The position numbers and the translations under genes are program-made. This document shows positions 20,078-30,630 of a stretch of 64,000 nucleotides of DNA, piece after piece. Location of the stretch: positions 1,472,001-1,536,000 of the forward strand of contig CP147780.1 of NCBI GenBank assembly GCA_037310415.1. The letters are read 5' to 3'. The stretch comes from Candidatus Atabeyarchaeum deiterrae. Its GTDB lineage: Archaea > Asgardarchaeota > Atabeyarchaeia > Atabeyarchaeales > Atabeyarchaeaceae. How positions within the stretch are numbered: position 1 is the stretch's first letter; each line of letters starts with the position of its first letter. The notes under the pieces are model-generated. The model saw only the letters and a program-made list of their open reading frames with translations, was not told the origin of the DNA and searched no databases.

Positions 20078-23000
20078 GTGGTAAGTCGCGTGAACGAGAT
20101 CAGCTCCCCCGCAAACAGAGAAGATAAGCACTTCGATGGCGAGTACGCTGAGATGTGTGCGCTTTCCTTAGAGGATCTGTCAAAACAATTGAAAACCGAT
20201 CCCAACAAAGGACTTTCCGGCAAAGATGCGGAGGACAGACTTGGGGAATTCGGACCAAATGTGATTCCACGAGTTAAACCCAGCTTCTACAAGGTGTGGA
20301 TCGCGCCTTTCATGAATCTGCTCATAACCATATTCCTAGTAGTCAGCATCATCCTCTTGTTTTTTGCCATATTCATATTGCCTGAAGCCGGAGCGCGACT
20401 CTTCATATGGATCCCACTGATTGGCATTAACGCTGCTCTTGCAGTCGTACAGCAAGCAAGGGCACAAAGGAAACTTGAAGCTCTGCAAAAACTATCTGCT
20501 CCCAAATGCGAAGTCCTCCGAGACCATAAGATCGTGGAGATTCCGTCCGAGCAGGTGGTCCCGGGAGACATATTGAAACTGGAAAGGGGAGACAGGATTC
20601 CCGCCGATGCTCGGATAATCACTGCTTCCAGCCTTAGAGTGAACGAAGCAGCTCTCACTGGAGAATCTAACGAAGTAGAGAAGACTGAGGTCGACCTTCC
20701 CGTCGATGAAGGGGCGCCAATTCATGCTATCAAGAATATGGTGTTTCTGGGGACATATGTCACAGCGGGTCTTGCAAGAGCTTTGGTCATGAGAACTGGA
20801 AAAGAAACTCAGCTCGGAAGAATATCAACGACCTTAGGAGAGCTCGACACAGGCGAAATACCCCTGCGTCAAAAAGTTAACAGGCTCGCGAAATATCTTG
20901 GAGTTGCGGTGATTTTCTATCTGGTTTTCTCACTTGCATATAACTTGATTGTTCTTCAATTGGCAAATGGCATCTTTGCTGGAGGCGTTTTCAACACCAA
21001 GCTGGTCTCGGAGACGATAGTGAGAAGCTTGCAGACAGCGATGACTATAATGCCAATCAATATTCCACTATTGACAACAATTATCCTGCTTACGGGAATT
21101 CTTGCCATGGTTCAGCACCATGTTCTCATACGCGACCTGAGCGCTGTTGAAAGCCTTGGTCGAATCTCAGTTGTTTGCTCAGACAAAACTGGGACAATAA
21201 CAAAAAACGAAATGACGGCAAGATGGATATGCCTTCCATCTGCCGATCTGAAGAATACCACATATGGTGTAACAGGCGTAGGCAACCAACCCTCTGGCGA
21301 GGTTATGACGGTCGATCCTTCATCAGATTTGCGAGAGGTCATAAGAAGGAGACCTGAGGAACTCGGCTCTAGTAAAGTCCAGATTGAGCCGGAGACGTCT
21401 CTGGAATGCGTTCTCGCGTCAGGCATGCTTGACAACGAAAGTAGCATCATCAAGGAGAAGGTCAAAATCTCTGACAGAGAGCAGGAAGTCTACAAGGCAT
21501 CAGGCAACGCCACTGATGTCTCACTGCTGGTTCTTTTTCAGAAATCGGGACTTGACGAGAAAGTGTACAAGTCCCGATTCAAGGAACAAGTCAACTACCC
21601 GTTCGAATCAAAGCTCAAGCGCACAACAAGAGTCTTCAAAGATAGTAAGAACGGTAAGTATGTGATATTCTCAAAAGGAGCCACGGAAGTCCTCTTACCT
21701 CGTTGCAGCCGCATAGCAGAAAAGAAAATCACTGAAGCTGGACTTTTGAGAGACAAGGATAAGACCCTTGTCGACAAGAAAGTCGATCTCTTCGCTTCAT
21801 CTGGCTACAGGGTGATCTCATTTGCTTTCAAATATCTAAACGAATTACCAACAACGTACAAGACAGATAGAGAGCAAATTGAGAAGGATTTGACTTATCT
21901 CGGCTTCGTCGCTATCATGGACCCGCCAAGGGAAGGCGTTCTTGAATCTGTCACCGAAGCTAAGAATGCAGGAATCAAACCGATCATGATAACGGGTGAC
22001 AGCGTAGAAACGGCGAGAAGCATCGCACAAGAAGTGGGCATAGCTGACAAAACGGATCTTGCAGTAGAAGGACGTGAAATCGAATCTTTGTCGGACAAGC
22101 AATTCCTGAAGACATCCGTGTTTGCTAGAGTTTCACCAGAAAACAAGATGACAATAGTCGAACGCTACAAAGATCAGAAACGCGTCGTCGCAATGACAGG
22201 TGACGGCGTGAATGACGCACTAGCAATCTCTAGGGCGGATGTTGGCATCGCCACTGGAATCACAGGAACAGACGTTGCAAAACAGGCTGCAGGTATGATA
22301 ATCACTGATGACTCGTTCACATCAATCATTTCAGGAATCAGGGAAGGTAGAGGCCTCTTTGAGAAAATCCGGGCAATCATCTTCTTCTTCATTGCCGTCA
22401 ACTTTGCCGAGGCTCTCATCTACTTCGGTTCAGCCTTAATCCCCGGATTCTACTTGCTAAATCAATGGCAGCAAATATACATCTTCGCCACTGTCCACTC
22501 CATACCTCCCTTCGCAATCATAATCAGCTTGCTTGACAGAGATGTCATGAAAGAAAAGCCGCGGGACGGAGAAGGGATCTTCAACAAACGGTTGGCATTT
22601 GGTTTGGTTCTCTTCTCAATAGCGCTTGCATGCGTGTTCTACCTTGTCTATTTTAGTACACTGAATGGCGTAATACCTTTGTTTGCAGAAAACCAGATGG
22701 GCTACATTCCAAGATTTGGTGGTCCTGCTAGCTTGGCGAGCCCACTGAACTGGGATCAAGCGAAAGCCCGCACAATGCTGCATTCGGTCGCAATTGTTGC
22801 AGAGGCAATGTTGGTAATCTCTTTGATTCGGATTAACAAACCATTTCACAAAGCTTTGAGGGGAAAAGATCGCGTGGCTTTGCTGGTCCTGATACTATCA
22901 GTTCCGATAGCGCATGTGATCCTAATGTACATCCCCGCAATCCAGCTATTTCTGTTGAACGCGGTCGGGATTAATCTCGAGATTATTCAGCTTACTTGGA

Positions 23001-23095
23001 TAGACTGGCTCATTGTCATGGGTTTCGCATTTTTCCCGATCTTGCTTTTTGAGCTGTACAAGGGACTGGTTCGAAAGTTGGGCAGGTTCTTCTAG
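20078..23095 (+). CDS. cation-transporting P-type ATPase (P2-like)
   Basis: TGES, DKTGTIT, KGATE, MDPPR, TGDGVND and about 10 TM helices. Confidence 0.92.
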   Translation: MVSRVNEISSPANREDKHFDGEYAEMCALSLEDLSKQLKTDPNKGLSGKDAEDRLGEFGPNVIPRVKPSFYKVWIAPFMNLLITIFLVVSIILLFFAIFILPEAGARLFIWIPLIGINAALAVVQQARAQRKLEALQKLSAPKCEVLRDHKIVEIPSEQVVPGDILKLERGDRIPADARIITASSLRVNEAALTGESNEVEKTEVDLPVDEGAPIHAIKNMVFLGTYVTAGLARALVMRTGKETQLGRISTTLGELDTGEIPLRQKVNRLAKYLGVAVIFYLVFSLAYNLIVLQLANGIFAGGVFNTKLVSETIVRSLQTAMTIMPINIPLLTTIILLTGILAMVQHHVLIRDLSAVESLGRISVVCSDKTGTITKNEMTARWICLPSADLKNTTYGVTGVGNQPSGEVMTVDPSSDLREVIRRRPEELGSSKVQIEPETSLECVLASGMLDNESSIIKEKVKISDREQEVYKASGNATDVSLLVLFQKSGLDEKVYKSRFKEQVNYPFESKLKRTTRVFKDSKNGKYVIFSKGATEVLLPRCSRIAEKKITEAGLLRDKDKTLVDKKVDLFASSGYRVISFAFKYLNELPTTYKTDREQIEKDLTYLGFVAIMDPPREGVLESVTEAKNAGIKPIMITGDSVETARSIAQEVGIADKTDLAVEGREIESLSDKQFLKTSVFARVSPENKMTIVERYKDQKRVVAMTGDGVNDALAISRADVGIATGITGTDVAKQAAGMIITDDSFTSIISGIREGRGLFEKIRAIIFFFIAVNFAEALIYFGSALIPGFYLLNQWQQIYIFATVHSIPPFAIIISLLDRDVMKEKPRDGEGIFNKRLAFGLVLFSIALACVFYLVYFSTLNGVIPLFAENQMGYIPRFGGPASLASPLNWDQAKARTMLHSVAIVAEAMLVISLIRINKPFHKALRGKDRVALLVLILSVPIAHVILMYIPAIQLFLLNAVGINLEIIQLTWIDWLIVMGFAFFPILLFELYKGLVRKLGRFF

Positions 23096-23146
23096 CTATG
23101 AGGTTTCTGCAGCTCTGCGATGAACCATCCCTGAAGAAGGGATTTG

Positions 23147-24025
23147 CTACCTAGCATTAATTTCAGAGGGGATTCCCGACTCGCAGGGCACGCCTGTTTG
23201 GCATAGTCCACAGCCATAGCCCTTGAAGCCGTAATGAGTTCGAACGTACCCCCACATAGAATCAACGTACCGGGAGCATTTCATTTTGTCGTGACCCGCT
23301 TTGGAGATTGCCCCGACGGGGCACCGGTCGATGCATTTGCCACATATGCCCTTGGAGTAGAAGAGGCAGTATGCGTGGTGACTTGTATATGGTCTCTTGG
23401 ATGGTGGAACAGCAATCTTGGCAATTACCGAGCCGCAGCGCATTGCCTTGCCTACTGGCGTGATTAGACCGTCGCAGAGACCAAAGGTTCCAAGACCGGC
23501 AGTATATGCAGCGTGACGTTCTGACCAATTTGACGTGATGAAGTACTTCCCGAAGGCTCTGGTTCCCCAGAGAGACGAGAGCGATGGCGCCACCGCCTCG
23601 TGCCCTTCCTTCGTGAAAGCGGCAACAACATGTCGCCGAAGTGCATCATTGAATTCCTCGCCGAACATCCGAGCTCTGGCCCACCTCTCAGTCGGGAATC
23701 TCGTCTCTTTTCTATGTTCGTTCTTAGTGGCTTCGGTGTGAGGCAGGATCCAGCTCACTACTGCAAGTTGATCCGCCGTGGTCTCAACTTTCGGAAAGGT
23801 TCTTGAGAACATCTCTAAGGGCGAGAAGTAGAATTCTCCGATATCCTTCTTGTAGAACTGGTAGAGAGGGTCGACCCCACTTGATAGAGCCACTAGGGGC
23901 TCAGCCCATGCTCTTTCGTTGTCCTTGTTCTTTAAGGAATTATCAGGGGATTCTCTGACAAACTCTTTCACAACTGACTCAATCCATTTGGCCGAGCTCA
24001 TGCCTTTGTTGGTCAATTCTGGCAC
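23147..24025 (-). CDS. QueG / reductive-dehalogenase-like 4Fe-4S protein
   Basis: SERHAAYTAGLGTFG, CGKCIDRCPVGAI and CGLCQTGVPC. Confidence 0.75.
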   Translation of the reverse strand: MPELTNKGMSSAKWIESVVKEFVRESPDNSLKNKDNERAWAEPLVALSSGVDPLYQFYKKDIGEFYFSPLEMFSRTFPKVETTADQLAVVSWILPHTEATKNEHRKETRFPTERWARARMFGEEFNDALRRHVVAAFTKEGHEAVAPSLSSLWGTRAFGKYFITSNWSERHAAYTAGLGTFGLCDGLITPVGKAMRCGSVIAKIAVPPSKRPYTSHHAYCLFYSKGICGKCIDRCPVGAISKAGHDKMKCSRYVDSMWGYVRTHYGFKGYGCGLCQTGVPCESGIPSEINAR

Positions 24026-24137
24026 CGCTTAAGAAGACTTGACTTGCCCTCGCATCGTATTGGTGACCTTAAATGATATATGTATCCGCTTACCTATCCT
24101 AGTATGAACTCGGAAATGTGGGAGATAGAGTTCAAGT

Positions 24138-25379
24138 TTGAGTGTTGAGTCTGGCCTCTATCATTTTCCCGATGGATTCCTTTGGGGTTCTGCTATTACA
24201 GACTATGAGGCCTTTGGAGGGGCCGAAAGTGATCTACCAATCCGTTGGACATCTAGGCATGTCGATCATTACGCCGAAGACTTCGACTTGATTAGAAACA
24301 AGTTGCATCACAGTGCCTTCAGAACAGCTATCGAATGGGCTAGGATCGAACCCAAAGAGGGTAGGATCAACAAGGACGCCATTAGCTTCTACCACAAGTA
24401 TTTTGATTCTCTCAAGAAAACTGGTATGAAGGCATTCGTAGCGCTCCAGGATTCTACCAACCCTATGTGGGTTCAGGAGCAGGGAGGATGGCTTTCTAAG
24501 AAAACCGTTGAGAGGTTTTCTCGGTACGTCGAACTTGTCTGCAGAGAGTTTGGTAGCTATATCGACTACTGCCTCGTCGTAAATGATCCCGCTGGGTCTG
24601 CGCTCAAATCATATTTCGTCGGGGCAAGTCCTGACAGAGGGTTACCTCCATACCACCATGATTTCGCGGAAGCAATGATCTGCCTCGGAAACTTTACTGA
24701 TGCTATTCTTGAGGGCAGTGAGGAACTTCACAGTGTCACTAAGGCAAAGGTGGGATCTGGCAACTACTATGGAGTTTTCGTGCCCCTTGATCCAAAGAAC
24801 AAAAGACACCAAGACTCTGTCTACCTAGCGAGTCAAGCCTTGATCTATCAAGTTCCAGATGCTATTAGGAGAAAGGTTGACTTCATGGGCATCGAATACT
24901 ACTCGAGGCTTGTTATGGCCGAAGACAACAAAGTTGTCAGAACAGAGGTCTATCCTCAAGGAATTAGAGAATCGGCAAGAGACTTCTATAAGCGCTACAG
25001 ATTGCCATTGGCAGTAGTTGATAGTGGATTTCCAACACGGGACGATGATGAGAAGATCAAGTTCCTCCTGGAACACTTGAGAGAGCTTCACAATGCGATC
25101 AATGAGGACAAGGTCGATGTCTTTGGCTACAACTGGTGGTGCACCCTCCACAGTTATTCATGGGGATACGGGTTCAAACCCTTCTTTGCCCTCATAGATG
25201 TTGAAGGCGAGGAAGAAGACGTTGGCGGATACGAAGACCTAGTCGGTTCGTTCAAAAGGAGGATAACGAAGGCTGGGGAATACTATGGTTCAATCTGCAG
25301 AAACAACGGTTTTTCTCAAAAAGACTATGAGAAGTACCACGCGATGAAAAAACCTTTAAAGCAATGGCTAGAATTCTGA
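24138..25379 (+). CDS. glycoside hydrolase family 1-like protein with altered catalytic residues
   Basis: FPDGFLWGSA, HYAEDFDL, FRTAIEWARIEP, GGW, VYPQGI and VFGYNWW; NEP is NDP and TENG is VDSG. Confidence 0.85.
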   Translation: MSVESGLYHFPDGFLWGSAITDYEAFGGAESDLPIRWTSRHVDHYAEDFDLIRNKLHHSAFRTAIEWARIEPKEGRINKDAISFYHKYFDSLKKTGMKAFVALQDSTNPMWVQEQGGWLSKKTVERFSRYVELVCREFGSYIDYCLVVNDPAGSALKSYFVGASPDRGLPPYHHDFAEAMICLGNFTDAILEGSEELHSVTKAKVGSGNYYGVFVPLDPKNKRHQDSVYLASQALIYQVPDAIRRKVDFMGIEYYSRLVMAEDNKVVRTEVYPQGIRESARDFYKRYRLPLAVVDSGFPTRDDDEKIKFLLEHLRELHNAINEDKVDVFGYNWWCTLHSYSWGYGFKPFFALIDVEGEEEDVGGYEDLVGSFKRRITKAGEYYGSICRNNGFSQKDYEKYHAMKKPLKQWLEF

Positions 25380-25603
25380 GTAAATCGCAACTAAACGAAA
25401 GACGAAAAACTGGTACGAAGGGCGTGTCATCAAATCAGTAATGTCCAGATTCAAAACTCAATGAAACCTCTGCTTCCACAACAACAGTTGTGAAGTCGAC
25501 CTTGAAACTAGATCTTGTCAGCAGATTTGCAGCACATACTTCAACGGGATTCTTGGATTTCAAAGGTACACTAAGATGGAAGTAACAACAAGGTGATATT
25601 CTC

Positions 25604-26074
25604 ATGAATAATGCCTTCCTTGGGAAGGAAACAAAGGTCAGATTGCGCAAGATCACTTCTAGAACGGTGAGAACTATCTGCAATCTAAGCGTCTCCGAAG
25701 ACCAGAAGAATTTCGTCGCGCCGAACGCTGTGTCAATCGCACAAGCGTACTTCAGCAAGGCAGCGTGGTTTCGCGCTATATATGCCGATGAAACACCAGT
25801 CGGGTTCGTCATGTTGGTTGAAATTCCAAAGCGCGAGTACTACTATCTCTGGAGGTTCATGGTCGATGCCAGATACCAAGGCAAAGGTTACGGACGCAAA
25901 GCACTTGAACTCATAATCAAGCGCGTGAGGAGAAGACCAAAAGCGAGCGCCTTATGTTTGAGCGTTGTCAGGGCAAAGGGCAGTGCCGAAGAATTCTACA
26001 AGAGCTTTGGCTTTGAGTTCACGGGGAAGATGGACGGAATCGAGCATGTAATGAAGCTCTCACTAAGAAGATAA
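25604..26074 (+). CDS. GNAT N-acetyltransferase (diamine/spermidine acetyltransferase-like)
   Basis: QKNFVAPNAVSIAQA, LWRFMVDARYQGKGYG and FYKSFGF. Confidence 0.9.
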   Translation: MNNAFLGKETKVRLRKITSRTVRTICNLSVSEDQKNFVAPNAVSIAQAYFSKAAWFRAIYADETPVGFVMLVEIPKREYYYLWRFMVDARYQGKGYGRKALELIIKRVRRRPKASALCLSVVRAKGSAEEFYKSFGFEFTGKMDGIEHVMKLSLRR

Positions 26075-26142
26075 CACTGTACTTGGCATAAGGATACAAC
26101 AAACGCTAACCTCATTGCATGAGAAGGAGGAGATTCTGAAGT

Positions 26143-26466
26143 ATGTGTGCCCCAAAGAATCTGGTTGTCATCAAAGATGCCAGTGATCTTGAGAACTATG
26201 TAGGGAAGAAAGTGGCTGTCGAGGGAACCATATCAAACATCTATTGGCAACATCTCATAGACAGTCCCCCTACGCATCCAAAGTCCTCGTACTTTGACAT
26301 CGGGAACAGCCAAATCGTAATCTACTCCAAAGAAGACATCAATTGCAGTGAGAAGCTAAGAATAGTAGGCACCGTTATCAAGCTTGGAGGCCAAAGAAAA
26401 CCAGATCGGAAAGAAACTGCAACCGAATATCACATTGTTGTGGATAACTGCGAAAGCATGGAATGA
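26143..26466 (+). CDS. hypothetical protein, possible OB fold
   Basis: GGAGG RBS; pattern YVGKKVAVEGTI...LRIVGTV...YHIVVD. Confidence 0.6.
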   Translation: MCAPKNLVVIKDASDLENYVGKKVAVEGTISNIYWQHLIDSPPTHPKSSYFDIGNSQIVIYSKEDINCSEKLRIVGTVIKLGGQRKPDRKETATEYHIVVDNCESME

Positions 26467-26748
26467 TTGCGTCTGGGAAAGCAATGCCTCATGTCTTCTA
26501 CCTGATTGTGGTCGCTGGCATGACGCTCAGCGACACTCTTGCTTCTTGCTTTGAAGCTCTAGGTCCGAGGCAGTTCTCATGAATGAGATGCCGCCATAAT
26601 CATATTGTGCGTTGCGAACACCCTCTTTACCTTGTGATGATCTAAGTGAGCCTGTCTTGGCAGACTTGATTGTTTCCCACCATCATCCAAAGGTAATTAT
26701 CGTGGAATTTCTTCTATACGCGGACACTGGAAAAATGGCTGCTAGAAG

Positions 26749-27939
26749 TTGGCAAAACAAAAGATAGCTAGAGGCGCAGTGAAAATGCAGTATCGAAGAT
26801 TCGGAAGGCTGGAATGGAAAGTTTCAGCCTTGGGATTCGGGTGCATGCGCTTGCCGACAAATGACAAGATTGGCACTAGTGGAAACGTGGACGAGAAAGA
26901 AGCGATACGAATGATACGGTACGCAATTGATCAGGGAGTCAACTACGTCGACACCGCCTACCCGTATCACGACGGGAATGGTGAGATTATCGTGGGAAAG
27001 GCATTGAAAGACGGATACAGGGAAAAAGTCAAACTCGCTACAAAGTCTCCCATCTGGACAATTCGTAAGGCGGAGGATTTCGATAACTACCTAAGCGAAC
27101 AATTGAAGAAACTGCAAACGGATCACATTGACTTCTATCTTTTCCATGGTTTAGAAAAGCAGAGGTGGAACACCGTTCTGAATCTCAACTTACTGCAGAA
27201 GGCGGAAACTGCCATCAAGGATGGCAGAATCAGAAACGTAGGATTCTCGTTTCACGACAAATATGAAACTTTCAAAGAAATAATAGACGGGTATAGCGGA
27301 TGGACTCTATGCCAAATACAGTACAACTACATGGACGCAGAAAACCAGGCAGGAACGAAGGGGCTGAGATACGCAGCTTCAAGAGGATTAGCCGTTGTGG
27401 TAATGGAGCCCATACGGGGTGGACGATTATCGAATCCGCCAACGTCAGTTCAAGGGATATTTGACAGTTACGAGAGAAGACGCTCTCCTTCCGATTGGGC
27501 TCTGCAGTGGGTGTGGAATCAACCAGAAGTATCAGTTGCGCTGAGCGGAATGAGTAAAATGGGACAGGTTGAAGAAAACATTCACTCAGCAAACATATCA
27601 AGCGTGAATTCTCTCGGAGCAAGAGATCTACAGATTGTCGAACGTGTTCAGAGAAAATACAGAGAAAGAACCGCAGTTCCATGCACAAAATGCGGTTATT
27701 GCATGCCCTGTCCAAACGGAGTAAACATACCAGGAAACTTCGAATTATACAACGACGGCATCATATATGACGATCTGAACATCGCTCGAATGAGATATAC
27801 AAGATTCTTCAGTCAAAAAGATCGCGCGAGTGCTTGCATTCAATGCAAAACATGTGAGGAGAAATGCCCTCAGAAAATACCAGTTAGCGAACTGATGCCC
27901 AAAGTGCATGCACTCCTCGGAGAGGTCAAATCAGACTGA
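26749..27939 (+). CDS. aldo/keto reductase with C-terminal 4Fe-4S dicluster (likely start 26785)
   Basis: MQYRRFG, LGFGCMRLP, YVDTAYPYH, LATK, GFSFHD, MEPIRGG, CTKCGYCMPCP and CIQCKTCEEKCPQ. Confidence 0.92.
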   Translation: MAKQKIARGAVKMQYRRFGRLEWKVSALGFGCMRLPTNDKIGTSGNVDEKEAIRMIRYAIDQGVNYVDTAYPYHDGNGEIIVGKALKDGYREKVKLATKSPIWTIRKAEDFDNYLSEQLKKLQTDHIDFYLFHGLEKQRWNTVLNLNLLQKAETAIKDGRIRNVGFSFHDKYETFKEIIDGYSGWTLCQIQYNYMDAENQAGTKGLRYAASRGLAVVVMEPIRGGRLSNPPTSVQGIFDSYERRRSPSDWALQWVWNQPEVSVALSGMSKMGQVEENIHSANISSVNSLGARDLQIVERVQRKYRERTAVPCTKCGYCMPCPNGVNIPGNFELYNDGIIYDDLNIARMRYTRFFSQKDRASACIQCKTCEEKCPQKIPVSELMPKVHALLGEVKSD

Positions 27940-28034
27940 AGAATTGGAGATTGGGAGAACCTTTTTGCACAAGCAGATGAACAAACAAGAGGGGAAGTTG
28001 GGCCTGCTCGTTCCCCTGATACTCTTGTGTGCCA

Positions 28035-28442
28035 CTATTCCGTTGTTCGACCGTCGAATTCTTCTGGACTCGAAATCGCTTCTGCCTTAGTATGGCGCAC
28101 TATTTTGTCTTGGTGCTCAGGCGGCGAGTAAATCGTGTACAGTTTGAGTTCCGATTGCTTAGAAGCATTGACCACATTATGCTTGGCGCCAGCTGGGACG
28201 ATAACCCCGTCTCCGTCTTTGACTCGATGTTCAACGCCATCAATAATTACCTTTCCTTCTCCTCCCTCAAACCGAAAGAACTGATCGACAGATTTGTGCG
28301 TTTCCATTCCGATTTCTTCCCCCGGCTTCAGGCTCATGAGCACGAGTTGGCTGTACTTCCCCGTGTACAGCACACGGCGGAAATCGGCATTCTTCCTCGT
28401 CTCTTTTTCAAGAGTGGTAACATATCCTTTCAAATCTATCAC
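28035..28442 (-). CDS. cupin domain protein
   Basis: FRRVLYTGKYSQLVLMSL, ETH..DQFF, VPAGAKHNV and YSPPEH. Confidence 0.9.
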   Translation of the reverse strand: MIDLKGYVTTLEKETRKNADFRRVLYTGKYSQLVLMSLKPGEEIGMETHKSVDQFFRFEGGEGKVIIDGVEHRVKDGDGVIVPAGAKHNVVNASKQSELKLYTIYSPPEHQDKIVRHTKAEAISSPEEFDGRTTE

Positions 28443-28738
28443 CTATTTTGCTCTGAGGTTCGAAGCTTAGCTTCCACAAGCAGCATTGTGCCGTCCACCC
28501 TTATTAAAACCTTTGAACTCCTTGCAAGTACAAGAGAGTAACGGTACAAAAGGAGTGCAATACGCGGCAGCATTTGAGTCTAGATCCCCGTCAGGTCTCA
28601 TTTTCGGTCGATCTTGGACGGGTTTAAGTAGTGGACTCCCTCCAGTTGTTCTAAACAAGGAAGAATGGGTCATGCCTTTCTTCAACTTGAAAGGAGACGC
28701 GAAAATGTTCTACAGCATGCGCTAATGGAGTTGATTCG

Positions 28739-30079
28739 ATGAATAGAGTTGCCGTAGAGAAGATTCTGCGAATGATAGGCATTGTAGGAATTCTGGTTTG
28801 TGGAATTGTGTTTCTTATTGTCATTATTCCTCTGGCTAGCATAGTCTCCTATGACATTATGCTACCCGCGATAATCATGGACGTATTGCTTGGGTTATTC
28901 GTAATAGTCACATTAATCCTAACTTTTTCGATGATTGCGTCCATCAAATCTCCAGCGCGCATTAAATCCCTAATTAGAACCAGAAGGAGGCATTCTCACC
29001 TAATACTGAACGCGTCTACAATTCTCTTCTTAATTATCGTTCCGTTTTGCGTAGTGACAGTTTCAAATGCCTACCAAGAACCTCACACCTATGTACCCCT
29101 TAGTGTCTTTGACCGAACCAACTGGGTTCATTTCAATGCAACCACTTGGCAACAGAGTCAAGGAAATGTTTTGAATGAGTTAGACTATCTCTGGGGGGAT
29201 AAACCCCAAGTCGTGCCTTTAAACCCGCAAATCCTCGAAGAAACACATTTGCAGGGGTATACACGTTTCAAAATGCAAATTGCTGTTGAAAACTCTGGGA
29301 TAATCCAATGGGACTTGGTGCCCTTTTACCTCTTGATTCCCGATATACCGCAAGCTAATCCCTGCCCAGTTGTGATTGTGCATCATCAGCATAATGGAAG
29401 GTATGAATTTGGAAAGATGGAGCCCTACGGCATAGCGGGAGACCCGCGACAGGCAATCGCTGTGGGCCTTGTTCAACGCGGATACATTGTCGCCTGTCCT
29501 GACGCTTTGTGTTTTGGTGAGCGCCAGGTGCCTTACGGTGAAGCATATACTGGGATGCTAATGTTCATGCTCAATCGCACGTTGAATTTCAAGTATGTCT
29601 GGGACATCAGTCGCCTCACAGATTACTTAGTGACACGTTCTGATGTTAATGCATCGCGCATCGGTATCATAGGTCATTCATTGGGAGGTCAAATGGCAGT
29701 ATGGTGTGCCGTCTATGACTCTCGGATAAAGGTAGTTCTTTCGAATTGCGGAATCGGAAAAATCAATGGAAGTAATTCAATTGTCGAAGAGGGGACTTTC
29801 CAGAATTATGCATTCTACTTACCAGGCATAGTGAAGTCAAATCTGAAAATGGAAGAGATAATTGGGCTCATTGGGAACCGATCGCTCTTTTTGTCAGCGG
29901 GAACGGAGGATTATGGCTTGCCGATTAACGGCGTGGCAGAAATTCATAATTGGCTTGAAGAGAAATATGCACACTATGATCATTCAGGGAACATCATCAC
30001 CTTGCGGTTTGTCGGCGGGCACATGCTTCCAACTGACGTAAAATTGAGAATGTATGATTTCTTGGATCAGCATTTGTGA
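28739..30079 (+). CDS. membrane-anchored alpha/beta hydrolase (dienelactone hydrolase / acetylxylan esterase-like)
   Basis: About 3 N-terminal TM helices; GHSLGG nucleophile elbow, GTED (Asp) and GGHM (His). Confidence 0.82.
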   Translation: MNRVAVEKILRMIGIVGILVCGIVFLIVIIPLASIVSYDIMLPAIIMDVLLGLFVIVTLILTFSMIASIKSPARIKSLIRTRRRHSHLILNASTILFLIIVPFCVVTVSNAYQEPHTYVPLSVFDRTNWVHFNATTWQQSQGNVLNELDYLWGDKPQVVPLNPQILEETHLQGYTRFKMQIAVENSGIIQWDLVPFYLLIPDIPQANPCPVVIVHHQHNGRYEFGKMEPYGIAGDPRQAIAVGLVQRGYIVACPDALCFGERQVPYGEAYTGMLMFMLNRTLNFKYVWDISRLTDYLVTRSDVNASRIGIIGHSLGGQMAVWCAVYDSRIKVVLSNCGIGKINGSNSIVEEGTFQNYAFYLPGIVKSNLKMEEIIGLIGNRSLFLSAGTEDYGLPINGVAEIHNWLEEKYAHYDHSGNIITLRFVGGHMLPTDVKLRMYDFLDQHL

Positions 30080-30120
30080 ATTGTTCGGCTAGTCTCAGGT
30101 AAAGGGCTGGATCTTGAAAA

Positions 30121-30486
30121 ATGAAAATAAGTGATTTCTTAACTATATTGAAAATAACATTGAGTATGCTCATAATCGTCTTGGCGATTCTCTTAGGCGA
30201 TGCATTTCAGCGCTTAATGAGCATCAGCTGTCAAGCAGGATATACGTTTGAGGTTCCAATTTGCAGTCAGATGAGCAACTTGGGCACCTTTTTGTTGGTT
30301 TCGATGCTTCTTCTGATTGCAAGTTGGGGTATATTCAGCAGTATTCTTCCGAGATTTGGGAAAAGCGAATTAGCGAGAAAGAGAGAACTGCGAATTATCA
30401 TTTTTCTTAGCCTCCTAATTCTATTGATTGGAATTGCAATTGTTGGCAATTATTTTGTTCAAAGAATCGATCGGATGTTCTTTTAG
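30121..30486 (+). CDS. hypothetical membrane protein
   Basis: 121 aa, three hydrophobic helices. Confidence 0.6.
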   Translation: MKISDFLTILKITLSMLIIVLAILLGDAFQRLMSISCQAGYTFEVPICSQMSNLGTFLLVSMLLLIASWGIFSSILPRFGKSELARKRELRIIIFLSLLILLIGIAIVGNYFVQRIDRMFF

Positions 30487-30630
30487 TACGAAAAGAACTT
30501 TTCTCTTGATTAAGCATTCAACCTGAAGTTCCTTGAGCGTGTAGGATTGGTTTCATTGTCACAATCTGATATCTGGGTCTTGGGTCAAAAGAAGGAAAGT
30601 GCAGGCAAAGAAGGATGTTCCTCCGTTGCC

